In this document: positions 52,308-61,492 of the stretch, in pieces
How positions within the stretch are numbered: position 1 is the stretch's first letter
How the letters are laid out: every line of letters starts with the position of its first letter
Source of the DNA: Amylibacter sp.
GTDB lineage: Bacteria > Pseudomonadota > Alphaproteobacteria > Rhodobacterales > Rhodobacteraceae
Length of the DNA: 64,000 nt
Assembly: GCA_965261565.1 (NCBI GenBank)
Contig: OZ253460.1
Span: 187,951-251,950 of the forward strand
Reading direction: 5' to 3'
Notes under the pieces: generated by a model
Databases searched by the model: none
Told to the model about the DNA's origin: nothing
The model's input: only the letters and a program-made list of their open reading frames with translations
Made by a program: the position numbers and the translations under genes

Positions 52308-53477
52308 ATGAGCTTTGACGACATCATCGACCGCCGCAACACCCATTCCACCAAGTGGGACATGATGGAACCCATCTACGGCGTCAGCCCCGATGACGGT
52401 ATCGCCATGTGGGTAGCCGACATGGATTTCAAACCACCCCAATGCGTGACTGATGCGCTTACAGCCATGACCGACCACGGCATCTATGGTTATTACAGCA
52501 ATGATGCATCCTACAGGGATGCAATTTGTGGCTGGATGTCGCGCCGCCACGATTGGGCGATAGATCCCGCGTCGATTTTCACCACTCACGGTCTGGTCAA
52601 CGGAACCGGGCTTTGCGTGCAAGCCTTCACAAACCCCGGTGATGCGGTTGTCCTGTTTACGCCTGTCTATCACGCCTTTGCCCGTGTGATTAAAGCCGCA
52701 GGACGCACCGTTACCGAATGTGCTCTGGCCAATAATAACGGCCATTACACAATGGATTTCGACGCCTATGAAGCCTGTCTGACAGGCCGCGAAACCATGC
52801 TGGTGTTTTGCTCACCACATAACCCTAGCGGTCGTGTCTGGACACAATCCGAACTACAACAAGTGGCTGATTTCTGTGTCAAACATAACCTGATCCTTGT
52901 TTCTGACGAAATCCATCATGATCTGGTCTATGCAGGCCAGAAACATATCCCGATGACCAATGCAGCCCCCGAAATCAGCGACCGTCTGGTAATGCTGACC
53001 GCCCCCAGCAAGACCTTCAATGTCGCGGGCCTGCACACTGGGAACGTTATCATTGAAGATATCGCATTACGTCGGAAGTTTGCCGGCACCATGGCCGCGT
53101 TCGGTATATCAGGCAACAATGCTGGCCTGATTGCAGCCAAGGCCGCTTACAATGGCGGCGACGCATGGGTCGACGCATTGGTCGCTTATCTGGCAGAAAA
53201 CAAACGCGTGTTTGACGCAGGCATAAACGCCATCCCCGGCCTGCAATCGATGGAGCTGCAAGCCACCTTTCTGGCATGGGTCGACTTTTCAGGCACAGGC
53301 ATGTCACGCGAAGAATTCACAGCCCGCGTGCAAGGTACAGCCAAAATCGCCGCCAATCACGGCCCAACCTTCGGCGCAGGTGGTGAGAATTTCATGCGCT
53401 TCAATCTGGGCTGTCCGCGCAGCGTTGTGCAAGATGCCGTGGCACGGATGCAAATGGCATTTGGGGATTTACAGTAA
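52308..53477 (+). CDS. MalY/PatB-family PLP-dependent C-S lyase (cystathionine beta-lyase-like)
   Basis: 389 aa with HNPSGRVW and the PLP-Lys region APSKTFNVAGL. Confidence 0.85.
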   Translation: MSFDDIIDRRNTHSTKWDMMEPIYGVSPDDGIAMWVADMDFKPPQCVTDALTAMTDHGIYGYYSNDASYRDAICGWMSRRHDWAIDPASIFTTHGLVNGTGLCVQAFTNPGDAVVLFTPVYHAFARVIKAAGRTVTECALANNNGHYTMDFDAYEACLTGRETMLVFCSPHNPSGRVWTQSELQQVADFCVKHNLILVSDEIHHDLVYAGQKHIPMTNAAPEISDRLVMLTAPSKTFNVAGLHTGNVIIEDIALRRKFAGTMAAFGISGNNAGLIAAKAAYNGGDAWVDALVAYLAENKRVFDAGINAIPGLQSMELQATFLAWVDFSGTGMSREEFTARVQGTAKIAANHGPTFGAGGENFMRFNLGCPRSVVQDAVARMQMAFGDLQ

Positions 53478-53682
53478 AACCATACGAATTCAGCAACGGC
53501 ACATTTCTGTGACGTTCCCGTATCCAGTAATGTTGCTGAGAAACACAAATAATTTACCTGTTTTTATATCCATATAACAATCCGTTAGCATAATCTGCCA
53601 AAACGCGGGTAGTTTATGGAACAAATAGCAAATAATGCCTCTCGTTTCCTGCTATACAATCCTTGAAAAGCTCGGAGAAACA

Positions 53683-55095
53683 ATGAACGCCGTGAAACCC
53701 CACTCGCAAAAAACGCTGCATGACTGTCGCGGCATCCCCGTGTCTTGTACGAACAATGACGCCATTGAAGGGCTGGAACGTGCGATTATCATGTCCTTGT
53801 CATTTCGCGGTGATCCCGTGGCTGAAATCGACAAAACCCTGGCCGAACACCCCGATTTCATCATGGGGTGGATATTCAAAGCGGCGTGGATGACCCAATA
53901 TATGGAAACCCGCATATACGACCAGATGGTCGCGGCCCTTGCAGAGGCGGAAAAACGCGTGAGTCAGGCCAATGATCGCGAGGTTGGCCATATCGAAGCG
54001 CTTAGGGCGTGGATGCATGGCGATTTCTATGGTGCGGTTCAGAAATGGGAAGCGGTTTTATTTCAATATCCGATGGATCTGTTAGCGCTGGAACTGGTGC
54101 ATTACACGATGGTTCTTTTGGGTGATGTAGTTGGCCAACGGGATGTAATTGCACGTGTGTCCAACCTTTGGAATGAAAGCGTCCCGGGCTATGAATTCGT
54201 CCTTGGGTTCTATGCATTCGGCCTAGAGGAAAATCGCGATTTTTCAATGGCCGAAGATCACGCGCGGCGCGCATTGGCAATCCGCCCCGACAATCCTTAT
54301 GCAATCCACGCGGTGGCCCATGTTATGGAAATGCGCGGGCGACAAGCCGGCGGTATCCGATTCATGAATGAACGCGCAGCTGTCTGGGGCACATCGAATT
54401 TCGCCAGCCATCTATGGTGGCACACGGCACTATATCATCTGGATATTGAACAATACGATCAAGCGTTCGACATTTTTGACAACCATCTGGATTCGCGCCG
54501 CAAAGGCGGCACTAAATACGAAGAGCTGGATGCAGCTGCGCTGTTATGGCGGTTAAACCTGACGGGACAAGTATCCGGTGATCGCTGGACACATCTGGCG
54601 GATAAATGGGAACCTGCGGCACAGGACACGCTTTATGCCTTCAATGATGTGCATGCGATGATGACATTTGTGTCCGACGGGCGCAAGGATGCCCAAAACG
54701 CCCTGCTTTCCGCCAATGAACGTTATGTTGAAAACGCATCAGACGCCAATGTCGCGATGAGCCGCGAAATCGGCCTGCCTTTCTGCTTGGCCATGCAGGA
54801 TTTCAAAAACGAAAATTACGGTAGTTGCGTCGACCGGTTGTTCCCCGTTCGCTACATGACCCACCGCTTGGGCGGCAGCTTTGCCCAACGCGACATCATC
54901 GGCTGGACATTGCTCGAAGCCGCCTTGCGTTCAAAACGCTATGATTTGGCCCTTGGTCTGGCAAATGAACGTACCGCACTAAAACCTGCGTCAGTACAAA
55001 ACTGGCGTGCTGTTGCCCGCGCCTTCAAAGGTTTGGGCGACAAAGACAATGCCGCACGCGCCGATGCAAAAGCCCAATCGTTGATTGTTGCCTGA
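53683..55095 (+). CDS. tetratricopeptide-repeat protein, TTC38-like
   Basis: About 470 aa, all-helical TPR-like repeats. Start taken at MNAVKPHSQ. Confidence 0.65.
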   Translation: MNAVKPHSQKTLHDCRGIPVSCTNNDAIEGLERAIIMSLSFRGDPVAEIDKTLAEHPDFIMGWIFKAAWMTQYMETRIYDQMVAALAEAEKRVSQANDREVGHIEALRAWMHGDFYGAVQKWEAVLFQYPMDLLALELVHYTMVLLGDVVGQRDVIARVSNLWNESVPGYEFVLGFYAFGLEENRDFSMAEDHARRALAIRPDNPYAIHAVAHVMEMRGRQAGGIRFMNERAAVWGTSNFASHLWWHTALYHLDIEQYDQAFDIFDNHLDSRRKGGTKYEELDAAALLWRLNLTGQVSGDRWTHLADKWEPAAQDTLYAFNDVHAMMTFVSDGRKDAQNALLSANERYVENASDANVAMSREIGLPFCLAMQDFKNENYGSCVDRLFPVRYMTHRLGGSFAQRDIIGWTLLEAALRSKRYDLALGLANERTALKPASVQNWRAVARAFKGLGDKDNAARADAKAQSLIVA

Positions 55096-55205
55096 TCGGC
55101 GTTCCTGACATCCATCTGAAGTGTTTTTCCAATCACCCATAAACCGTTGCATCCCTCGCACAGGAACGCCATAAAGGGCCTTAAGCGCAATATCAGGATA
55201 CCCCC

Positions 55206-56171
55206 ATGAAGAATTATCTGGAATTTGAAAAACCATTGGCCGAAATTGAAGGCAAAGCTGCTGAACTCAGGGCAATGGCACACAAAAGCGAAGATGATGT
55301 CGATGTGGAAAAAGAAGCGGCTGCCTTGGATAAAAAGGCCGAAAAGCTGCTGGTGAAAATGTACAAAGACCTGTCCCCATGGCGTAAATGCCAAGTGGCG
55401 CGCCACGCGGATCGCCCGCACTGTTCCGATTATATCAACGCAATATTCACAGAATACACCCCGCTGGCAGGCGACCGTAACTTTGCCGATGACAGCGCAA
55501 TTATGGGTGGCCTCGCGCGGTTCAACGACCAGCCTGTGATCGTGATCGGTCATGAAAAAGGCAACGATACCGCATCACGCCTGCACCACAATTTTGGTAT
55601 GTCACGCCCCGAAGGCTACCGCAAAGCCATCCGCCTGATGGATATGGCTGATCGTTTCGGCTTGCCTATTATTACCCTGATCGACACACCGGGTGCATTC
55701 CCCGGCAAAGGCGCCGAAGAACGCGGGCAATCCGAAGCAATAGCACGTTCCACCGAAAAATGCCTGCAAGTCGGCGTGCCGGTTATTTCAGTCATCATCG
55801 GCGAAGGCGGCTCCGGCGGGGCAGTTGCCTTGGCATCTGCCGATAGGTTGGCGATGCTGGAACACTCGGTTTACTCCGTCATATCACCCGAAGGCTGTGC
55901 ATCTATTCTGTGGAAAGACGCCGAAAAAATGCGCGAAGCCGCCGAAGCCCTACGCCTGACCGCACAGGATTTAAAAAACCTCGGCGTGGCCGATGTGATC
56001 ATCCCCGAACCGATGGGCGGTGCCCAGCGCGACAAGGTTGGGGCAATGGAAAATGTGCGCATAGAAATCACCAAGATGCTGAAAAGCCTAAACGGAAAAC
56101 CCCGCAAGAAGTTAATCGCAGACCGTCGCAAAAAGTTTCTTGATATGGGCAGCAAGGCGTTGGTGGCTTAG
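55206..56171 (+). CDS. accA: acetyl-CoA carboxylase carboxyltransferase alpha subunit
   Basis: 321 aa with [15 protein letters not shown] at the N-terminus and [11 protein letters not shown]. Confidence 0.93.
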   Translation: MKNYLEFEKPLAEIEGKAAELRAMAHKSEDDVDVEKEAAALDKKAEKLLVKMYKDLSPWRKCQVARHADRPHCSDYINAIFTEYTPLAGDRNFADDSAIMGGLARFNDQPVIVIGHEKGNDTASRLHHNFGMSRPEGYRKAIRLMDMADRFGLPIITLIDTPGAFPGKGAEERGQSEAIARSTEKCLQVGVPVISVIIGEGGSGGAVALASADRLAMLEHSVYSVISPEGCASILWKDAEKMREAAEALRLTAQDLKNLGVADVIIPEPMGGAQRDKVGAMENVRIEITKMLKSLNGKPRKKLIADRRKKFLDMGSKALVA

Positions 56172-56172
56172 G

Positions 56173-56730
56173 GTGGGTGATCGCACTCTTAAACAAATTT
56201 TATTAGTAACTTTAGCTTCACTTGTGCCGAGTACTGTTTCGGCAGATGCGCATTCAATGCAAAAACAAAGAGCTGAGCACATCTATAAGCTGTCAACAGA
56301 AGTAACGCCCGTTAAGGATGGCAAACGTAAAGTCATGATATTTCCGGTTCAAGGTTATTTCAGCAATCCAGTGCGGATTTCCGGTTGCTTGGTCACGATG
56401 GAAACATGGGTTGGCGGGTACAATGGTAAGGAATCGCAACTTGGTGGTGAGACTAAATTTAATCTACGGAATGTTGATCTTCCTAACCCAAACACAAAAA
56501 GATTTCAGAATGATATCTTTGCCCACAAGAAGTGGGGCGGTGCTGTAAATGTGACCGCACATGAAGGGCACTATATCAAACACATTTCTTTACTTACCAA
56601 ACCGCAAAAAATATATACGATAACTCGATGGACTCTGATAACTAGAAGTTTTGCCGCTGAAACTAATAGATTTTTGGATTTTTTAAAAACACTTTGGGCT
56701 TATCAGCTCGATTATTGCAGCAAGCCGTAG
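56173..56730 (+). CDS. hypothetical secreted protein
   Basis: Signal-peptide-like N-terminus (LKQILLVTLASLVPSTVSADA) from GTG 56173. The tracked start 56140 lies inside accA. No family recognised. Confidence 0.5.
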   Translation: MGDRTLKQILLVTLASLVPSTVSADAHSMQKQRAEHIYKLSTEVTPVKDGKRKVMIFPVQGYFSNPVRISGCLVTMETWVGGYNGKESQLGGETKFNLRNVDLPNPNTKRFQNDIFAHKKWGGAVNVTAHEGHYIKHISLLTKPQKIYTITRWTLITRSFAAETNRFLDFLKTLWAYQLDYCSKP

Positions 56731-56982
56731 AGTGGGCTTCAGCCCACATATTCAAAAAATCCAACCAAACGTACCGTAACATATTCCCACCCATAAAACC
56801 TCCCTTTGTGTTTGGTGTAATCGTGGTAACGCGTGGGCTGATGCCCACCCTACAGGTTAGTCCAAGATTTGAAGTGAATATTTTTGAAAAATCCATAAAA
56901 CAAATAATTTCAATTACTTAACCCCCTGTCCCAACTGGGACATCCTCAAAACCCCTACAATCAGCCTGCGTTTAAACCCACC

Positions 56983-57594
56983 TCACCACATCGATTTCTT
57001 GGCTCGTTCCGGCCATTCTTCATCGTAAGCCACCGCATCCATTTCACCCGCCGTTTGTGCCTTTAATATCTGCCCCGCAGATGGCAGCGCGCTGATGTCC
57101 GGCCGGTTTTCCACATCCCATAATCCTGCCCGCATCACGGCCCGCGCACATTGGAAATATATCTCCTTAACGTGGATCACAATCACCGAGCGCGGCGGTT
57201 TTCCATTCACTGCAAACCGTTCCAACAGATCAGGCGCGACCGATACCTCTGCCCGCCCATTCACCCGCGTCACAGTGTCGGACCCTTTAGTCAGCAACAT
57301 CAAAGCCACCCGCCCGTCACGCACGATATTGCGCAGGCTATCCATACGGTTGTTGCCACGCCGATCCGGCATCGCCAACGTGTGTTCGTCCAACTCGAAT
57401 ACAACTTCACCAATATCCCCACGCGGGGATGCATCCACCCCTTCGGGCCCAACCGTCGCCAACGTACAAAAACTGCTCGACGCGATCCAAGCGCGGTATT
57501 CAGGTGTGATATGATCCGCGACCTTAACCGTGGCGGCCTTTCCGGGCTTGCCGTATATTTCTTCTAATCCAGTCAACGCGGTGATGATTGTCAT
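56983..57594 (-). CDS. PPOX-class FMN-dependent flavoprotein (pyridoxamine 5'-phosphate oxidase family)
   Basis: 203 aa with split-barrel family features (ASPRGD..., RRGNNRMDSLRNI). Confidence 0.75.
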   Translation of the reverse strand: MTIITALTGLEEIYGKPGKAATVKVADHITPEYRAWIASSSFCTLATVGPEGVDASPRGDIGEVVFELDEHTLAMPDRRGNNRMDSLRNIVRDGRVALMLLTKGSDTVTRVNGRAEVSVAPDLLERFAVNGKPPRSVIVIHVKEIYFQCARAVMRAGLWDVENRPDISALPSAGQILKAQTAGEMDAVAYDEEWPERAKKSMW

Positions 57595-58334
57595 CTACTT
57601 AGCCCTTTAGGTTCAAAGCCCGCTTCGATTGCTAACCGCTCAGATGCAGGCTCAATACGGGCTTCCAGCTCTTTGGTGAATTTTCCCAATTTCAACCCTT
57701 CAGGCATTGGCGCCATATATTCAAACACCACAACGCCGGGGTGGCGCAAAAGCCCGCGTTTGGGCCACATAATACCTGCATTTGTGGCAACGGGAATACA
57801 CGGTTTACCCATACGCTCACAAATCACAGCTGCACCAATCTTGTAGGGCTTGAACGTACCTGGCGGCACACGGGTGCCTTGTGGGTAGATCACCAATTGC
57901 GAGGCTTCGCTGTCTTTGCTTGCAATCCCCTTCATCATTTGGCTGACCGCTTTTGACTTGTCACCGCGTTTAACCGGGGCCGCCCCGATACGCATGGCAT
58001 AAAATCCCAAAATAGGAGCCCATTTCAGTTCGCGTTTCATCACATAATTCGCACGCGGCAACAGATACATATGTAAGATAACATCCAGAAATGACTGGTG
58101 TTTGGACGCTATAACAACATCACCGGTCGGAACTTCACCGCGTGTTTCGTAAGTAATTCCACACAGCACCCTTGCCAGCCAAAGTGTGACTGCACAGAAC
58201 CATTTCATGATTTTATAAGCCCAGTTACGCGACAGGCCTGCGGGAATTGCACCAATTACGCCCAGAACGAGCATCGCAAGATACATCAAAAAGATAAACA
58301 ATATCGAACGGAAGTAATGGAATATTATCGCCAT
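57591..58334 (-). CDS. plsC: 1-acyl-sn-glycerol-3-phosphate acyltransferase
   Basis: 247 aa with HX4D in ASKHQSFLDV, and YPQGTR. Confidence 0.85.
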   Translation of the reverse strand: MAIIFHYFRSILFIFLMYLAMLVLGVIGAIPAGLSRNWAYKIMKWFCAVTLWLARVLCGITYETRGEVPTGDVVIASKHQSFLDVILHMYLLPRANYVMKRELKWAPILGFYAMRIGAAPVKRGDKSKAVSQMMKGIASKDSEASQLVIYPQGTRVPPGTFKPYKIGAAVICERMGKPCIPVATNAGIMWPKRGLLRHPGVVVFEYMAPMPEGLKLGKFTKELEARIEPASERLAIEAGFEPKGLSR

Positions 58335-59249
58335 CTAGGAAATCCTTTCCAATGCACGAAATGCAGCCGCCCGCGTTGCCCAGAAAGCCACGAAAGCTGC
58401 AAGCAAAGGTATCAAGATCGGTAAAAGCCAGTGCCAACCTCTGAAACCCAGTCCTGTCAGAAATGCACCTTCTTCGGCAGCCGACGGTAAAAAGAAGACC
58501 GCCAGCATAGCTAAAGCCGCCCCGATGACCGCTCCGATTAAAGCCCGCAGGGTAAAGCGGCGCACAAATGCGCGCGCGATATACGTATCACTCGCCCCAA
58601 CAAGGCGCAAAACCGAAATGACTTGCCCGTTTGCGGCCAGCGCCGACTGCGCCGCCAGTGTGATCATCGCAGCAGTAGAGCCGGCAATCAGTAAAATGGA
58701 AACCGTCCCCAAAAAACGCAACCGTTTGGCTGCATCCACTAACGGTCTTCGCCAGCGCGTATGATCGTCCAAGATCGCTCCGGGGGCTTCGGCACTCAGG
58801 CGGAACCGCAAGCCTTGCATATCAGGTCCGTCGGCATCCTCGATCACCTCGACAAGACGCGGAATAGGCAGGTTTTCCAACGGCAAGTCGGGCCCGAACC
58901 AAGGTTCCAGCAAGCGGCGTTGTTCTTCGTCTGTCATCACGCGGGATGACGTTATGCCCGATGTTGTATCCAGTATATTGATCACCGCATCCAATTGCGC
59001 CTGCATCTGGCCTTCGGGGGCGGAAATACGCACCGTTGTTGTCCGTGACAGCTCTGCCGACCAACGATCGGCCAAACGTCCTGTCGCCAGCGATAAAGCC
59101 ATGGCAAAGACTGCCAGAAACGCCATTGCACCTGCGGCAAAGCCGGTCAGGTTCGCAGTGTAACCCGAGGGTGGCACAACATTGTCCGCTTTGGTGTCCC
59201 CCACCAACAGACCAGCCAGACTGTTCAGCAATTCCCGCAATTTATTCAT
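58335..59249 (-). CDS. ftsX: cell-division ABC transporter permease-like protein FtsX
   Basis: 304 aa with four TM segments and a large periplasmic loop. It lies immediately downstream of ftsE. Confidence 0.82.
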   Translation of the reverse strand: MNKLRELLNSLAGLLVGDTKADNVVPPSGYTANLTGFAAGAMAFLAVFAMALSLATGRLADRWSAELSRTTTVRISAPEGQMQAQLDAVINILDTTSGITSSRVMTDEEQRRLLEPWFGPDLPLENLPIPRLVEVIEDADGPDMQGLRFRLSAEAPGAILDDHTRWRRPLVDAAKRLRFLGTVSILLIAGSTAAMITLAAQSALAANGQVISVLRLVGASDTYIARAFVRRFTLRALIGAVIGAALAMLAVFFLPSAAEEGAFLTGLGFRGWHWLLPILIPLLAAFVAFWATRAAAFRALERIS

Positions 59250-59923
59250 AGATCAGCACCCGCCAATTGCACTTTCATGTCAGCTATCCGCAAAACCCGT
59301 GTTGATACTTGCGATTTTGCGGCGCGGATCAGTTGCAGGTCATGGGTCGCTATAATCACGGTTTTACCCATTTTATTCAGCTCAATTAAAAGTGTCAGGA
59401 TTTTCTGGGCCATTTCCCAATCCAAATTCCCCGTAGGCTCATCCGCCAGGATCAAATCGGGTGACATCACAACCGCACGTGCCAATGCTGCACGCTGGCG
59501 TTCACCGCTTGATAGTTCTGGTGGAAACGCACCCATATGTGCTGACAAGCCTACCCATGCGATCAAACCCTCAAAACTACTATCGTCCAGTTCGCCGGAA
59601 CGTCCGGATACCTGCAATGGCATCCGAATATTCTCGGCCATCGATAAATGATCAACAAACTTACAATCCTGATGCACAACGCCAATTCTGCGACGGATTT
59701 GTGCAATATCTTCTCTTTGCAAACCCCGTACATCGCGATCCAATATCCGCACAATGCCACTCGTCGGCATTAAAGCCTGATAACAAAGGCGTAAAAATGT
59801 GGTTTTTCCGGTCCCCGACGTGCCAGTCAGAAAATAAAAACTACCAGGTGCCACATCCAGATCAACATTTGTTAGAATGTCTCTGTCGCCATAGCTAAAA
59901 CCTGCGTCTTTTAATTGCAGCAC
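59246..59923 (-). CDS. ftsE: cell-division ATP-binding protein FtsE
   Basis: Walker A GTSGTGKTT, signature LSSGERQR, Walker B LILADEPTGNLD. Confidence 0.9.
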   Translation of the reverse strand: MLQLKDAGFSYGDRDILTNVDLDVAPGSFYFLTGTSGTGKTTFLRLCYQALMPTSGIVRILDRDVRGLQREDIAQIRRRIGVVHQDCKFVDHLSMAENIRMPLQVSGRSGELDDSSFEGLIAWVGLSAHMGAFPPELSSGERQRAALARAVVMSPDLILADEPTGNLDWEMAQKILTLLIELNKMGKTVIIATHDLQLIRAAKSQVSTRVLRIADMKVQLAGADL

Positions 59924-60084
59924 TGCCCACTCCGAATCCTGTTTTGCTTATCATCTATTACCTTGACAGTTGTTGCAATCGCAACAAATTCAACTGATGC
60001 TTGGAAAAACTGATTTTTGTGGCTACAAAGGCTATGAGGACTCATTCGGTCAGCAAATGATCGAGCAGCAAGAACGGGGATTAT

Positions 60085-61449
60085 ATGCGGCTAATATGCC
60101 CAAACTGCGTTGCGCAGTACGAAGTAGACGAAGACGTCATCCCAAGTGAAGGACGTGATGTTCAATGTGCTAACTGCGGCCACAACTGGTTTCAGGATTC
60201 TGTTCAGATGCTTTCAGCAGAGGCCGAAATGACCGCTGGATCCGGCGATCCGGACAGCGATGTCCCTCCTGAGTTGTTCAATGACCTGGAAGGTAAGCTG
60301 GATACGGAGTTTACCAGCGCCCGCACTAATATGGCCCCAAACCCCAACGATATGGAGCCCGTAGAAGCGCGTGATGATTTCCAGATAGAGCAAGAGCCTG
60401 AAGCACCATCTGCAAGATTGGGTAAAGATGCTTTGGACATCCTTCACGAAGAAGCCGAGTATTTCAGCGGGGAAAAACCACCCGCCGCATCTATTGAGGA
60501 AACCGAAACATTAGAGACCGCCACAGCGGACGTGGTCATTGAAGACGATCAAGCTTTGCCAGATGAAATCGCTGACAATTCTTCTGACAGCACTGATGAA
60601 GTTATCACTACGGAAACAGAACAGCCTGCTGAATCTGAACCAAAAGATGATCTGGATGAAATTCGCCAACGTATCCAAGATTTGGAAGTTGCGGATGATC
60701 ACACCGACGTATCGGATGTAACGCCTGAAGCAAAGATTGAGAGCCAACAGGCAGATGCGCTTGATGATTTGATTGCGGCAGAATTTGACAACTCGGGATT
60801 GAATGCGCAGCAAGATGATCAAGATATAATTACGCCACAAATAGATGATGTTGATGCACCAATTGAAGACATCAAAGACAGTGCAGCAGATGATACAGAA
60901 CAATCCGAGCCCGCTGCTGATGACCTGTACGAAGAAAATATTCCCGTAGAAGAGTTTGAAGAGACGGTTCCAGAAACACCCGTTAAGGATAGTTCAATCG
61001 AAGACGCTATTGATACGCTTGTTGCGGAACAGGTCAGTGCGGCAACCAACGAAAGTCGCCCACGGCGCAAGGTTTCTGCGCGTCGTTTTCCAAACATAGA
61101 CGATACAAGCAATGAATTATATGGCGCGTCCCAAGACCACAGTGAAGCGCTGAAAAGCATGCTTCCTGATGTTGATGAATTAAGCTCGGAAATTGCACAT
61201 GACGCAGAGCACGGTACGCTTACACATGTGCCGGAAGCTAATAAAAAAGCCACGAGCGGCTTCATGAAAGGATTTAAATACGCAATCCTTCTTTATATAG
61301 TCATTGGCATTCTATATTTCTTGCAGCCGTTTATCGTGGAATATATTCCACAAGCTGAAGGTTTCCTGAATTTGATTGCGAAATTGGTGGATGCTGTATC
61401 TGGCTTTATTGCCTTGATGTTTGATAAAATCAGCGGCCTGATCGGTTAA
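60085..61449 (+). CDS. MJ0042-type zinc-ribbon protein with long acidic disordered region and C-terminal TM anchor
   Basis: N-terminus is CPNC...CANCGH. About 300 aa are D/E-rich low complexity. The C-terminus is hydrophobic (YAILLYIVIGILYFL). Confidence 0.75.
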   Translation: MRLICPNCVAQYEVDEDVIPSEGRDVQCANCGHNWFQDSVQMLSAEAEMTAGSGDPDSDVPPELFNDLEGKLDTEFTSARTNMAPNPNDMEPVEARDDFQIEQEPEAPSARLGKDALDILHEEAEYFSGEKPPAASIEETETLETATADVVIEDDQALPDEIADNSSDSTDEVITTETEQPAESEPKDDLDEIRQRIQDLEVADDHTDVSDVTPEAKIESQQADALDDLIAAEFDNSGLNAQQDDQDIITPQIDDVDAPIEDIKDSAADDTEQSEPAADDLYEENIPVEEFEETVPETPVKDSSIEDAIDTLVAEQVSAATNESRPRRKVSARRFPNIDDTSNELYGASQDHSEALKSMLPDVDELSSEIAHDAEHGTLTHVPEANKKATSGFMKGFKYAILLYIVIGILYFLQPFIVEYIPQAEGFLNLIAKLVDAVSGFIALMFDKISGLIG

Positions 61450-61454
61450 AATAT

Positions 61455-61487
61455 TCGGCACTTGATGTATAATACATGAAGTGCCGA
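61455..61487. terminator. long hairpin between convergent genes (bidirectional terminator candidate)
   Basis: TCGGCACTTGATGTAT / ATACATGAAGTGCCGA, 16-bp arms with one mismatch. Confidence 0.5.
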
Positions 61488-61492
61488 GTTCT

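Noticed and set aside
56732-56848. Two hairpins with the same GTGGGC/GCCCAC stem (56732-56747 and 56833-56848) in the AT-rich spacer after the hypothetical secreted protein gene, plus overlapping 75-77-aa ORFs
   Set aside because: Six-bp stems recurring twice are within chance expectation. The first is plausibly just the terminator of the upstream gene. The ORFs lack RBS and any recognisable features.
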